In this document: positions 48,823 to 56,715 of the stretch, piece after piece | How the letters are laid out: each line of letters begins with the position of its first letter | Position numbering within the stretch: the first letter of the stretch is position 1 | Source of the DNA: an uncultured delta proteobacterium | GTDB taxonomy: Bacteria; Myxococcota; Kuafuiibacteriia; Kuafuiibacteriales; Kuafuiibacteriaceae | Reading direction: 5' to 3' | Length of the DNA: 64,000 nt | Assembly: GCA_963803435.1 (NCBI GenBank) | Contig: CAWDML010000009.1 | Coordinates: forward strand, 480,001-544,000 | The notes under the pieces: generated by a model | What the model saw: only the letters and a program-made list of their open reading frames with translations | Database searches by the model: none | What the model was told of the DNA's origin: nothing | Made by a program: the position numbers and the translations under genes

Positions 48823-50052
48823 ATGCGGTTTCTGGTGTCGGGGGTCGGAACGCGGGGGGACGTGCAGCCTGTGTTGGCGCTGGCGGTCGAGCTGCGACGC
48901 CACGGAGGCGATGCGGTGTTGTGCGTCCCGCCCAACTTCGTGGACTGGGCGGGCGCCCTCGGGTTCGAGGCGACGCCGGTCGGGGTCGCGATGCGTGTAC
49001 CCGCGGAGAGCTCGGCGGGGACGGCGGCGGCACCGCCGCCCAAGACGAGCGACATCGCCGGGGACCTGATCGCCGACCAGTTCACGCAGCTGGCCGCCGC
49101 TGCCCGGGGCTCGGACGTGATCGTCGGCGCCGGCGCGTATCAGTTCGCCGCACGCTCCGTCGCCGAGCGACTGGACGTGCCCTATGTCAATGCGCTTTAC
49201 GCCGCCGTGTCACTGCCGACGCCGGAGCTGGCGCCGCGCCCGAATCCTGGAGAGGTGTGGCTGCCCGGTGAGCCGGAAGACAACGTTCGTCGCTGGGCCG
49301 CGGACGCCGAGACCTGGAACGCGCGCTTCCTGGACCGCATCAACGAGAACCGCGACCGCCTGGACCTGGCGCCCCTCGAGGACGTCCGGACCCACATCCT
49401 GGGTAACCGCCCGCTGCTCGCGGCCGACCCGGTCCTCGGACCGGCGCCGACGACGCCCGGAATCGAGGTGATCCAGACCGGCGCGTGGTTGCTCTCGGAC
49501 GTCGCGCCGCTCACCGAGGAGCTCGAGCTCTTCCTCGAGCAGGGCGAGCCACCCGTCTACGTCGGCTTCGGGAGCATGCCCGCGCCGCCAGCCCTGAGCG
49601 CCACGCTCATCGACGCGGTGCGTGCGGCCGGTCGGCGGGCGATCGTCTCGCGCGGATGGGCCGAGCTCGGACTCGTCGACGACGCCGGTGACTGCATCGC
49701 CGTCGGTGACGTCAACCAGCAGGCTCTCTTTCCGCGTGTGGCAACAGTCGTGCACCATGGGGGCGCCGGCACCACCACCGCCGCAGCGCGCGCCGGTGTC
49801 CCGCAGGTGGTCGTTCCGATGTTCTCGGATCAGTTCTACTGGGCCACGCGCGTGCGCGCGCTCGGCATCGGCACCTCGGTCCTCAGCCGTGACCTGCCCT
49901 CCGGCGCGCTGGCGTCCGCCCTGCGCGAAGCGCTGGCGGTGGCCGACCGCGCCCGGTCCATCGCTGCGCGGATCACCACAGACGGCGCTGCGGTCGCGGC
50001 CACGGAGATCGCGGCGCGGGCCGAACTCAGCCTTCGCACTCACGGACATTGA
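48823..50052 (+). CDS. GT1 glycosyltransferase (GtfA/sterol glucosyltransferase-like)
   Basis: GTRGDVQP, YVGFGS, HHGGAGTT and DQFYWA motifs. Confidence 0.9.
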   Translation: MRFLVSGVGTRGDVQPVLALAVELRRHGGDAVLCVPPNFVDWAGALGFEATPVGVAMRVPAESSAGTAAAPPPKTSDIAGDLIADQFTQLAAAARGSDVIVGAGAYQFAARSVAERLDVPYVNALYAAVSLPTPELAPRPNPGEVWLPGEPEDNVRRWAADAETWNARFLDRINENRDRLDLAPLEDVRTHILGNRPLLAADPVLGPAPTTPGIEVIQTGAWLLSDVAPLTEELELFLEQGEPPVYVGFGSMPAPPALSATLIDAVRAAGRRAIVSRGWAELGLVDDAGDCIAVGDVNQQALFPRVATVVHHGGAGTTTAAARAGVPQVVVPMFSDQFYWATRVRALGIGTSVLSRDLPSGALASALREALAVADRARSIAARITTDGAAVAATEIAARAELSLRTHGH

Positions 50053-50070
50053 CCACACTCAGAAATCAGC

Positions 50071-50098
50071 TTGATTTCTCCCGGTGGGTGCTGATAAT
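50071..50098 (+). promoter_or_regulatory. putative sigma70 promoter of the tRNA array
   Basis: TTGATT-16 nt-GATAAT in an AT-enriched intergenic stretch. Confidence 0.45.
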
Positions 50099-50114
50099 CT
50101 CGGCACCGCTTCCA

Positions 50115-50261
50115 ATGATTAAGCTGCATCACGGAGCGCTGGCGAAACGGCGACCGCACGGCGGGCGTCTATTTTCGACCATCGCGCGCTTTGCGATGCC
50201 GAAGACGCAGTCCACCTGCGGCTTCGAGCGCAGGAACGATACAGGTCGGCCTGGGCCGTAG
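50115..50261 (+). CDS. putative leader peptide (48 aa)
   Basis: ATG 16 nt after the -10 box, no RBS (near-leaderless); TAG 25 nt before the hairpin. Confidence 0.3.
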   Translation: MIKLHHGALAKRRPHGGRLFSTIARFAMPKTQSTCGFERRNDTGRPGP

Positions 50262-50286
50262 ATCTGGCCTCAATTGAGGATGGATC

Positions 50287-50325
50287 GAAGGCCGGGCCCG
50301 AAAGGTGACCCGGCCTTTGTCGTTT
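50287..50325 (+). terminator. terminator/attenuator-like hairpin upstream of the tRNA array
   Basis: GAAGGCCGGG / CCCGGCCTTT stem followed by GTCGTTT. Confidence 0.6.
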
Positions 50326-50468
50326 CAGGGCATCGGGGCTCGACCCCTCCCTTCTCCACGAAAGCGTCCGTCGACGAGATGGATACCTACGTCCCCGCGC
50401 GTCGGAGGTTCGGGTCTCTGATAACTGAATATCGATGCCGAAGAGTGGTTACCTAAGTAGCCACCTTT

Positions 50469-50542
50469 GTCGCCGTAGCTCAATCTGGCAGAGCAAGCGC
50501 CTCTTAAGCGCGAGGTTGAAGGTTCAATTCCTTCCGGTGACA
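50469..50542 (+). tRNA. tRNA-Lys(CTT)
   Basis: GTCGCCG/CGGTGAC acceptor, loop CT-CTT-AA, GGTTCAATTCC. Confidence 0.9.
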
Positions 50543-50575
50543 CTCACGACTCCAGAACCGTAACTATCAGAAGCT

Positions 50576-50649
50576 GGGGCCATAACTCAAAGAGGTAGAG
50601 TAGCTGATTTTTAATCAGAAGGTTGTGGGTTCGATTCCCTCTGGCCCCA
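50576..50649 (+). tRNA. tRNA-Lys(TTT)
   Basis: GGGGCCA/TGGCCCC acceptor, loop TT-TTT-AA. Confidence 0.9.
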
Positions 50650-50668
50650 CGACGAACATTCCCAGCGA

Positions 50669-50739
50669 TGACCGGTCGTCTAACGGCAGGACCGTGGTCT
50701 TTGAAGCCACGTGTGAGGGTTCGAGTCCCTTCCGGTCGA
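50669..50739 (+). tRNA. tRNA-Gln(TTG)
   Basis: GTGGT-CT-TTG-AA-GCCAC arm; T loop TTCGAGT. Confidence 0.85.
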
Positions 50740-50810
50740 TCAGGTGTCGTTCAACGGTAGGACTGCGGCCTCTGGAGCCGCCTATCGAGGTTCGAGTCCT
50801 CGCACCTGAA
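50740..50810 (+). tRNA. tRNA-Gln(CTG)
   Basis: TCAGGTG/CACCTGA acceptor; GCGGC-CT-CTG-GA-GCCGC. Confidence 0.88.
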
Positions 50811-50820
50811 TCTATCCCGA

Positions 50821-50894
50821 TCTCCGGTAGCTCAAACAGGCAGAGCGGGCGGCTGTTAACCGCCAGGTTGGGGGTTCGAGTCCCTCCCGGGGAG
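50821..50894 (+). tRNA. tRNA-Asn(GTT)
   Basis: GGCGG-CT-GTT-AA-CCGCC. Confidence 0.9.
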
Positions 50895-50949
50895 CTCACG
50901 CTGATGTGGCGCTGTCTGCGTAGCTCGTTTGGAAGTCGAAGGCTTGTTT

Positions 50950-51023
50950 GTCCCCGTCGTCTAGCTGGCCAAGGACGCAGCCCTCTCGAGGCTGAGACCG
51001 GAGTTCAACTCTCCGCGGGGACG
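50950..51023 (+). tRNA. tRNA-Glu(CTC)
   Basis: GTCCCCG/CGGGGAC acceptor; CAGCC-CT-CTC-GA-GGCTG. Confidence 0.88.
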
Positions 51024-51026
51024 TGC

Positions 51027-51098
51027 GGTGGCGTGGCCAAGTGGAAAGGCGTCGGTCTGCAAAACCGAAGATCGCCGGTTCGACTCCGGCCGTCACCT
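51027..51098 (+). tRNA. tRNA-Cys(GCA)
   Basis: TCGGT-CT-GCA-AA-ACCGA; U73 discriminator. Confidence 0.92.
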
Positions 51099-51101
51099 CG
51101 A

Positions 51102-51176
51102 GCTCCTGAACGCGAAGTGGCACGAGCGACCAGGCCTTCAACCTGGACCCAGCGGGTTCGAGTCCCGCCAGGAGTA
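51102..51176 (+). tRNA. atypical tRNA-Glu(TTC)
   Basis: GCTCCTG/CAGGAGT acceptor; CCAGG-CC-TTC-AA-CCTGG (C33, A8). Confidence 0.65.
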
Positions 51177-51201
51177 TGGGGGTCACTTGAAGACGATGGA
51201 T

Positions 51202-51275
51202 CGGGATGTAGCGAAGGCTGGTATCGCGCCTCGTTCGGGACGAGGAGATCGTCGGTTCGAATCCGGCCATCCCGA
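51202..51275 (+). tRNA. tRNA-Pro(CGG)
   Basis: CGGGATG/CATCCCG acceptor; CCTCG-TT-CGG-GA-CGAGG. Confidence 0.92.
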
Positions 51276-51343
51276 TTCTGAAGATCACGCCATCGACCGT
51301 GTCGCTTCCCGAGCGCTCACTGGGCCGGATCCAACGCTTTCAC

Positions 51344-51415
51344 CCGCGCATCGTCTACGGGTGTGGACACTCGTCTGATAAGCGAGAGGTCGAGGTTCGA
51401 CTCCTCGTGCGCGGA
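51344..51415 (+). tRNA. tRNA-Ile(GAT)
   Basis: CCGCGCA/TGCGCGG acceptor; CTCGT-CT-GAT-AA-GCGAG. Confidence 0.8.
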
Positions 51416-51426
51416 TCCCGAGACGT

Positions 51427-51499
51427 GCAGGTGTATCTCAATTGGTAGAGAGCTTCGTTGCCAACGAAGAGGCTGTCGGTTCGAGTCCGATCATCTGCT
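51427..51499 (+). tRNA. tRNA-Gly(GCC)
   Basis: CTTCG-TT-GCC-AA-CGAAG; U73 discriminator. Confidence 0.9.
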
Positions 51500-51500
51500 T

Positions 51501-51573
51501 GTGCATGGAGGTTGAGCGGTCGAGCACCAGCCGGTGTCGCTGGTGTATGCCGGTTCGAGTCCGGTGATGCACA
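51501..51573 (+). tRNA. degenerate tRNA, His(GTG)-like
   Basis: GTGCAT/ATGCAC acceptor, CCAGC-CG-GTG-TC-GCTGG, intact T arm; non-canonical D arm and loop. Confidence 0.5.
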
Positions 51574-51675
51574 TCCTGCCCGTCGTCTGAACCCGAGCGC
51601 GGTGCGTGACAGAGCGGTCATCGGGTCGATCAATGCCCAAGCCCGAAGGGCAAGAGTGTAGCGGGCAGACCTTTT

Positions 51676-51750
51676 GCCTCATCGGTCCAGTCTGGAGTGG
51701 ACGCTCGGTTGTCGGCCGAGAGATCGCCGGTTCAAATCCGGCATGAGGCG
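51676..51750 (+). tRNA. tRNA-Asp(GTC)
   Basis: GCCTCAT/ATGAGGC acceptor; CTCGG-TT-GTC-GG-CCGAG; G73. Confidence 0.85.
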
Positions 51751-51755
51751 CTCGA

Positions 51756-51830
51756 GCTCCGGTAGCTCAGCCAGGTAGTAGCGGCGGTCTGAAGAGCCGC
51801 GCGTCGGTGGTTCAAATCCATCCCGGAGCA
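51756..51830 (+). tRNA. tRNA-Phe(GAA)
   Basis: GCGGT-CT-GAA-GA-GCCGC. Confidence 0.9.
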
Positions 51831-51834
51831 CTTG

Positions 51835-51909
51835 GGGGTCGTAGCTCAGACTTGGGAGAGCGTCTGCGCGGCATGCAGAAGGCCAGGGGTTCGATCCCCC
51901 TCGACTCCA
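51835..51909 (+). tRNA. tRNA-Ala(GGC)
   Basis: GGGGTCG/CGACTCC acceptor with G3:U70; TCTGC-GC-GGC-AT-GCAGA. Confidence 0.85.
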
Positions 51910-51974
51910 TCCCGTTCGCACCGTGCCCGGTCATGCCCGATCATGCCCGACCGGTGCTGCGATCTTGAACCCTC

Positions 51975-52037
51975 GCCAATTTGGGAGAGCGCCGGCGTCG
52001 CAAGCCGGAGGCGCGAGTTCGACCCTCGCCACGTCCA
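51975..52037 (+). pseudogene. 5'-truncated tRNA-Ala(CGC)
   Basis: D loop, CCGGC-GT-CGC-AA-GCCGG and T arm present; 5' acceptor strand absent. Confidence 0.6.
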
Positions 52038-52068
52038 TGGGGCTGTGAGTCCGATCGCCGCCATCGTC

Positions 52069-52140
52069 ACCGGTGTAGTTCAGAGGAAGAACGCTTCCGT
52101 GCGAAGGAAGAGGTCAGAGGTTCGAGTCCTCTCGCCGGTA
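52069..52140 (+). tRNA. tRNA-Arg(GCG)
   Basis: ACCGGTG/CGCCGGT acceptor; CTTCC-GT-GCG-AA-GGAAG. Confidence 0.8.
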
Positions 52141-52188
52141 GTCTAAACCGACAATCGAGGTTCGAGTTCCGGGAGCACGCTCTCTTCT

Positions 52189-52261
52189 ACAGGACGGGCC
52201 AGCAGGGTGAAGGCAGCGGTCTCATAAGCCGCCACGCCCGGTTCGATTCCGGGGTCCTGTA
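52189..52261 (+). tRNA. tRNA with CAT anticodon (Met or Ile2)
   Basis: ACAGGAC/GTCCTGT acceptor; GCGGT-CT-CAT-AA-GCCGC. Confidence 0.75.
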
Positions 52262-52264
52262 TCC

Positions 52265-52336
52265 GGTCGTGATGCCGAATGGCGAGGCGCCGCTCTTACA
52301 CAGCGGACCACGGGGGTTCGATTCCCTCCGCGACCA
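52265..52336 (+). tRNA. tRNA-Val(TAC)
   Basis: GGTCGTG/CGCGACC acceptor; CCGCT-CT-TAC-AC-AGCGG. Confidence 0.8.
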
Positions 52337-52341
52337 TCGAC

Positions 52342-52419
52342 GCCTCGGTGGGCAAACTTTCGGTAAAGCTGCTCGCCTCAGAAGCGAGAGATGTTGCCGG
52401 TTCGACTCCGGCCCGAGGC
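52342..52419 (+). tRNA. tRNA-Leu(CAG) with short variable region
   Basis: GCCTCGG/CCGAGGC acceptor; CTCGC-CT-CAG-AA-GCGAG; variable region only AGATGTT. Confidence 0.8.
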
Positions 52420-52499
52420 ATTCGATTCTCGATCGCTCGGCAGGCGCAACGTCCCCAACCTTCCGGCGAACACCGCGGCGACCCGGTCGCCGTGATCAT

Positions 52500-52586
52500 G
52501 GATGGCGAACTTGTACGGGATACGAGGCCTGTCTCGAAAACAGTGCGGACGCGAGCGCGTCTGAGGTTCGAGTCCTCCGTCATCCG
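52500..52586 (+). tRNA. tRNA-Ser(CGA)
   Basis: GGATGGC/GTCATCC acceptor; loop CT-CGA-AA; long variable arm; G73. Confidence 0.8.
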
Positions 52587-52699
52587 CTGGTACGGAAAGC
52601 TCAGCGTCGGCCACGACCGTTCGATGGGTGCGGCTCGCATTCCCGTCGGACGTCGCCGGAGTCCGTCACGCCCATCGAGATCCATGCCAACCAGGCCGT

Positions 52700-52805
52700 A
52701 ATTGCAACGGTCCACCAGGAACTGCGGGTTCGAGTCCCGTCGAAGGCCTCGGCTTTCGTGGCGTAATTGGTAAACGCAACTGACTCTCAATCAGTGACTC
52801 AAGGC
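52700..52805 (+). pseudogene. two tRNA fragments: a 3' T-arm/acceptor half and a Leu-type 5' half
   Basis: GCGGGTTCGAGTCCCGT-CGAAGGCC; then GCTTTCGTGGCGTAATTGGTAAACGC-A-ACTGA-CTCTCAA-TCAGT with no T loop. Confidence 0.55.
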
Positions 52806-53616
52806 AAGCCGCCCGTGAGCCGTTCGAATGTCCGGCCGCGAGGTCTCGCACGGCTGGAGATGCCGACGGCCCCCGTCCAGACCGATCCCATCCGGGTCGG
52901 TGTCCGCCGGGGCGCCCTCGTCTTCGCTTCGCCGTACGATCGTCGCGGGCAAGGGGACGGACGTCCGGGTCGCGAGCGGGCGGCGCGCCATCTTCCACAG
53001 ATCTGTCGGCATCGATGTTCGGAGACCGGCGTCGTTGGCGGGCAACGGAGAGATCGACGATCGCGATCGCGTCCACGACCAGAACGCCTCTCGAGCCGAG
53101 ATCCGCGGGATCTGGAATTCGTCGGCCAGCGCCAGCCATCACGGCATCGAGATCACCGGGTCGTGTACGGCGAGCGACATCCCGACGGGAAGAAGTCCCG
53201 CTCCCTCTCGTTTGACCGCCCCCAGGACAGGACGGTAGCTTCGGGGTTCTGACCGTCGAGGAAGCGCATCCCGATCTTCTCTCCGTGCTCGACGCGTTCG
53301 TGCGTCGTGATGGTTCTCTTCCCGGGTTCTCCGGCAAGGTCTCCGTCGGCATCCGCGGACCCGCGGGGTCGCGCTGGTGGTGTGCCTGCTTTGCGAGCCG
53401 AGCGCACACCGAATTCTCCGCGCGCCCCGCGCCCGACAGCGACGTCGCCGTGCTCGTCCCCGAGGAAGAGGCCGAGGCGATGCTCAAGGAGCGAAGGATG
53501 CCAGGGCCAGGCTCGGGCGTGCACTACTTCGGTCGCATGGAGCTGTTGGAGCGGATGCTGGCTCGGTACGCAACCACCCAGAACTGGCTGCAGCTCCGTC
53601 TGTCGCGAGGCAACCG

Positions 53617-54592
53617 ATGAGCACCAACATCTCCCAGCGCTTTCTCGACAACCTGGCCCAGAACTTCCCCGTCGACGGCTCAGACCAAGAATCGAGCGGA
53701 GCACGGGCGTCGGGCATTCGCCGACGCCGTTGGGAGCGTCGGTCCGCTGGACCCGGCTCAGCAGGCCGAGCTGACGGCGCTGTTCGATCACTTCACAGCC
53801 CGCGGAACCGAGGGGCGGGCGCTCCACGCGGAGCTCACCCTCCTGCGAGCCGAGCGAGGGCTCCAGGTCTCGCGCGCGGAGCTCCAGCAGGCGGTTCAGT
53901 TCGGACGCGCAGCCGTGGCGAACGGAACGCGGGTGTCCTCCCTTTGGGCGCTGGAAGCGCTGGCCGATAAGCTCGAGCCGACCGGATTCTCACGCGCCAG
54001 CGGCGACGTGAAGATCGAAAGCCTCCCCGAGTACGAGAACAATCGTCTCAACGACATCGCCGCCGCCCTGCGCCGGAAGGGCAACCAGGACGGCGGTGCC
54101 CACGCGTTCTTCTTCAATCGCGCCAAGGCTGTGATCATCGCAGAGCCCGTTCCGGGCGCGGCCCAGCCCAGCTCCTCGAACCTCGACGACGCCCGTCGCC
54201 TGGGAGAGCGGGATCAAGAGCTCCTGCTCTCGCTGCATCGATCGGCTACCGCGCAGGGAGGCCCGCGCGACGGCACGAACGAAGGCTATTCCTGGCGCGT
54301 CATACCGGTGGCAACGGAGACGCTCGATGCGATCCCCGGTCGCCTAAACGACCTCTCCTATTGGTTGCGACAGTCGGCCGTCGACTCCGGCCAACCGCGC
54401 GCGGCCCTCTTCGAGCGCGGCCAGGCGGTGATCGCTGCGCGCATCGTCGACCCCAGCGCCCCGCGGCCGACGCCGGAAGGGGCGGAAGCGGAGCAGCAGT
54501 TCCTCCTCGGGCTCCAGCAGCAGGCCAAGGCAGGATCCGGCTTCGCTAGCGGCATGCACCAGGGCATCGAGTGGAAGCTGTCGCTGCTCTGA
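53617..54592 (+). CDS. hypothetical protein with internal tandem domain duplication, frameshift near 53680
   Basis: MSTNISQRF start joins the 53915-54592 frame after one shift; two RLND...AVI.A...G..W repeats. Confidence 0.55.
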
Positions 54593-54806
54593 GCACGCGA
54601 CGCAGACACGGCCTTCCGGCTCCTGCGCCTCATCCGACGCGAGGAGCTCGAACGCGCGGACAACGTATCTCAACGCCGTCTTATCCCCTTCCTTGTAGCG
54701 TGACCCTCAGCCAGCGGCGGAGCTCGGGGCTCGACGGCTGCACCTCGGTGTCAATCGCATGACCCTTGTGCGAGAGCTCGAGCCGCGTGGAGCGAGAGCG
54801 GGTGCT

Positions 54807-55148
54807 TCATCGTCCGGGTCGGAGCATCAGACGATGGTGTCGCTGTCGGCCCAGCACTGCCATTCGACCGGGGCCGGGCAGCCACTCATCCGCGACCGGC
54901 AGGGCAGCGGGTAGGTCGTCCACGTCTTCACGGACCTTGTTGAGCTCGTAGCCGTCGACGTCCTGCTCCTTCTCGATCCACTCCTTCATCAGCTCGTACA
55001 TCCGGACGCCGTATCGGGTGCCGCCGCGCTCCTCATAGGGAAAGATCTCGATCCACTTCCTCAGGCTCTCGTCGGACGCCGGGAGCTCGGCCACAATCGG
55101 GTGTCCTTTGTTGAGGTTCTGGAGACGCTCGAGGGACGGCGTGTTCAT
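54807..55148 (-). CDS. putative immunity protein, copy A (altered C-terminus)
   Basis: MNTPSLERLQNLNKGHPIVAELPASDESLRKWIEIFPY is near-identical to 57141-57461. Confidence 0.65.
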   Translation of the reverse strand: MNTPSLERLQNLNKGHPIVAELPASDESLRKWIEIFPYEERGGTRYGVRMYELMKEWIEKEQDVDGYELNKVREDVDDLPAALPVADEWLPGPGRMAVLGRQRHHRLMLRPGR

Positions 55149-55683
55149 GGGGCCTCCGTCGGGAAGAGGATTCGAATGATCTTCGTCTTCTTGGGGTGAA
55201 GCTGGAGGTGGGGGACCCCCGCGTGCGGGTTGGTGGCGTTGTGGTTGAGCAGGCGCCCATCTTCGCCGAGGACGTCGTCCCAGTGGAACGTGTCTTCTTT
55301 GCTGCGGAAGAGCCGCTTGATCTCGTTGAACCGGAGGTCCTCCGTCTCGATGTAGTCGGGGAACTGGCTCAGGATTTCCTCGGCGACCGTGCGGGAGGAA
55401 ACGTGGATCTCCGCCTCGCCCTGGTCGAGCTTCCGGATCGCCCGCTGGGCCTCCGCGCTCAAGGAGGTCCGCGCCGGAGCCGGCTCGAGTCTTCGCACCG
55501 CGTCGCGGAGGTCGATGGCGCTTCGTTTGGCGAAGTCGGCGATCGCGTGGACCTTCACTTTGCGGAGCCCTTCGGGGAGATCGTGAAGGCCGGCGATCTC
55601 CCGTTCGAGTCGGTCCAGCACCATCGCCTTGACCGTCGATCTCCTTCGCGCCGGCCACCATTTGCTCGAGGTCGTGGAGCGAG
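55145..55683 (-). pseudogene. orphan toxin C-terminal domain, copy A
   Basis: FHWDD...NPH..PHLQ.HP; lacks the N-terminal ~375 aa of the 57458 gene. Confidence 0.7.
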
Positions 55684-55684
55684 G

Positions 55685-56715
55685 AGCCAAATACAACTTT
55701 CCAACGGCCTTTCAATACGAGCACCGACTCGATGCGAACCGCGCTGAGCAGAAGGACCTGATCAAGGCCGGACATGCGACCCACTGCCCGACCGACTGGA
55801 CCGTAAACGGCAGCAAGTCGGAAGGTCGAAGGAGGATCAAACCCCAATCGAAGCTGATGCTCCGAACCTTCAACGGCGAATGCGACGCCGCGATCGCGAA
55901 GGTAAGGTACAACAACACGGTTAATTTGGAGAACGGATTGAGAAGTCGTTTGGCGCGATCAACAAGACCAGTGAATCAAGCCAAGCCATGATCACGACGA
56001 ACTACTTAAACCTCAAATTGGCTGAGCTATGCCTCGTGCACGAACATCGCGAGCGGGAGCAGGAGGAAAAGGAAGAGCAACGGCGGATCAAGGAACAGAT
56101 GCGTGAAGAGCAGAAAGTCGAGAAGGAAATCGCAAAGCCGAAGGCCGAGGCGGAAAAGGAAGAGGAGCGCTATCAGAATGCGTTGGACCGCACGCGTGCG
56201 GAGCTCAGGACCGCCGAGGGTGCGCTGCATGACAAGCTGAAGCAGCAGGTCGACAAGCTGGAGTCACAGTTGAAGGAGGCAATCGACCGAAAGGCCAAGG
56301 CGATCTCCCGCGCGCAACTCGTGAGGTCCGGCCACGTCTAGGTGCTATCGAACGTTGGTGCTTTTGGAGAAACGTCTTCAAGATTGGCCTGACTCGCCGT
56401 CTCGATCCGCCGCAGCGGGTCGACGAGCTGGGCAGCGCAGCCGTCCCCTTCGGGTTCGACGTGCACGCGATGGTCTACAGCGAGGACGCGCCGCCGCTTG
56501 AGAAGGCTCTGCACGTCGAGTTCGAACACACACGGGTCAACAAGGCGAATCCGAGGGAGGAGTACTTCCGGACCGACCTGAGCGAGATCCGAAGGCCGTG
56601 GCCAAGCACCACGGGGTCGTGACCTTCGTTCTCGAGCCGAAGGCCGAAGACTACCGGAAGACCCAGGTGATCGAACAGAGCGAGCGAAAGACCGTGGGCG
56701 GCAGGGTGGGCTGAC
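55685..56715 (+). pseudogene. DUF4041 + T5orf172/MUG113 (GIY-YIG-like) protein remnant
   Basis: WTVNGS..EG, KLMLRTFNGECD, YLNLKLAEL, GHV*VLSNVGAFGE, KIGLTRRLDP, VPFGFDVHA; stops and frameshifts; lower GC. Confidence 0.85.

Larger units (their letters stand above)
54761..55683. repeat. direct repeat copy A of toxin-tip/immunity module (copy B at 57075-58013)
   Basis: About 920 bp clearly similar by eye; long identical stretches in the immunity gene. Confidence 0.92.

Noticed and set aside
50100-50360. tmRNA
   Set aside because: A 3' acceptor-like end is present, but no matching 5' GGGG end or tag reading frame ending in Ala-Ala was found.
51102-51176. Opal suppressor or Sec tRNA (TCA within CCTTCAA) explaining the in-frame TGAs
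   Set aside because: The 5-bp stem centres TTC in a 7-nt loop; there is no Sec-type long arm.
51630-51668. Twister or hammerhead ribozyme assignment
   Set aside because: Only a short CCCAAGCCC resemblance; conserved cores were not found. Kept only as an unnamed structured RNA.
50615-52790. ORFs across the tRNA array
   Set aside because: Incidental frames over tRNA genes with no protein motifs.
52810-53610. Protein-coding genes after the tRNA array
   Set aside because: No frame shows convincing motifs; probably decayed sequence.
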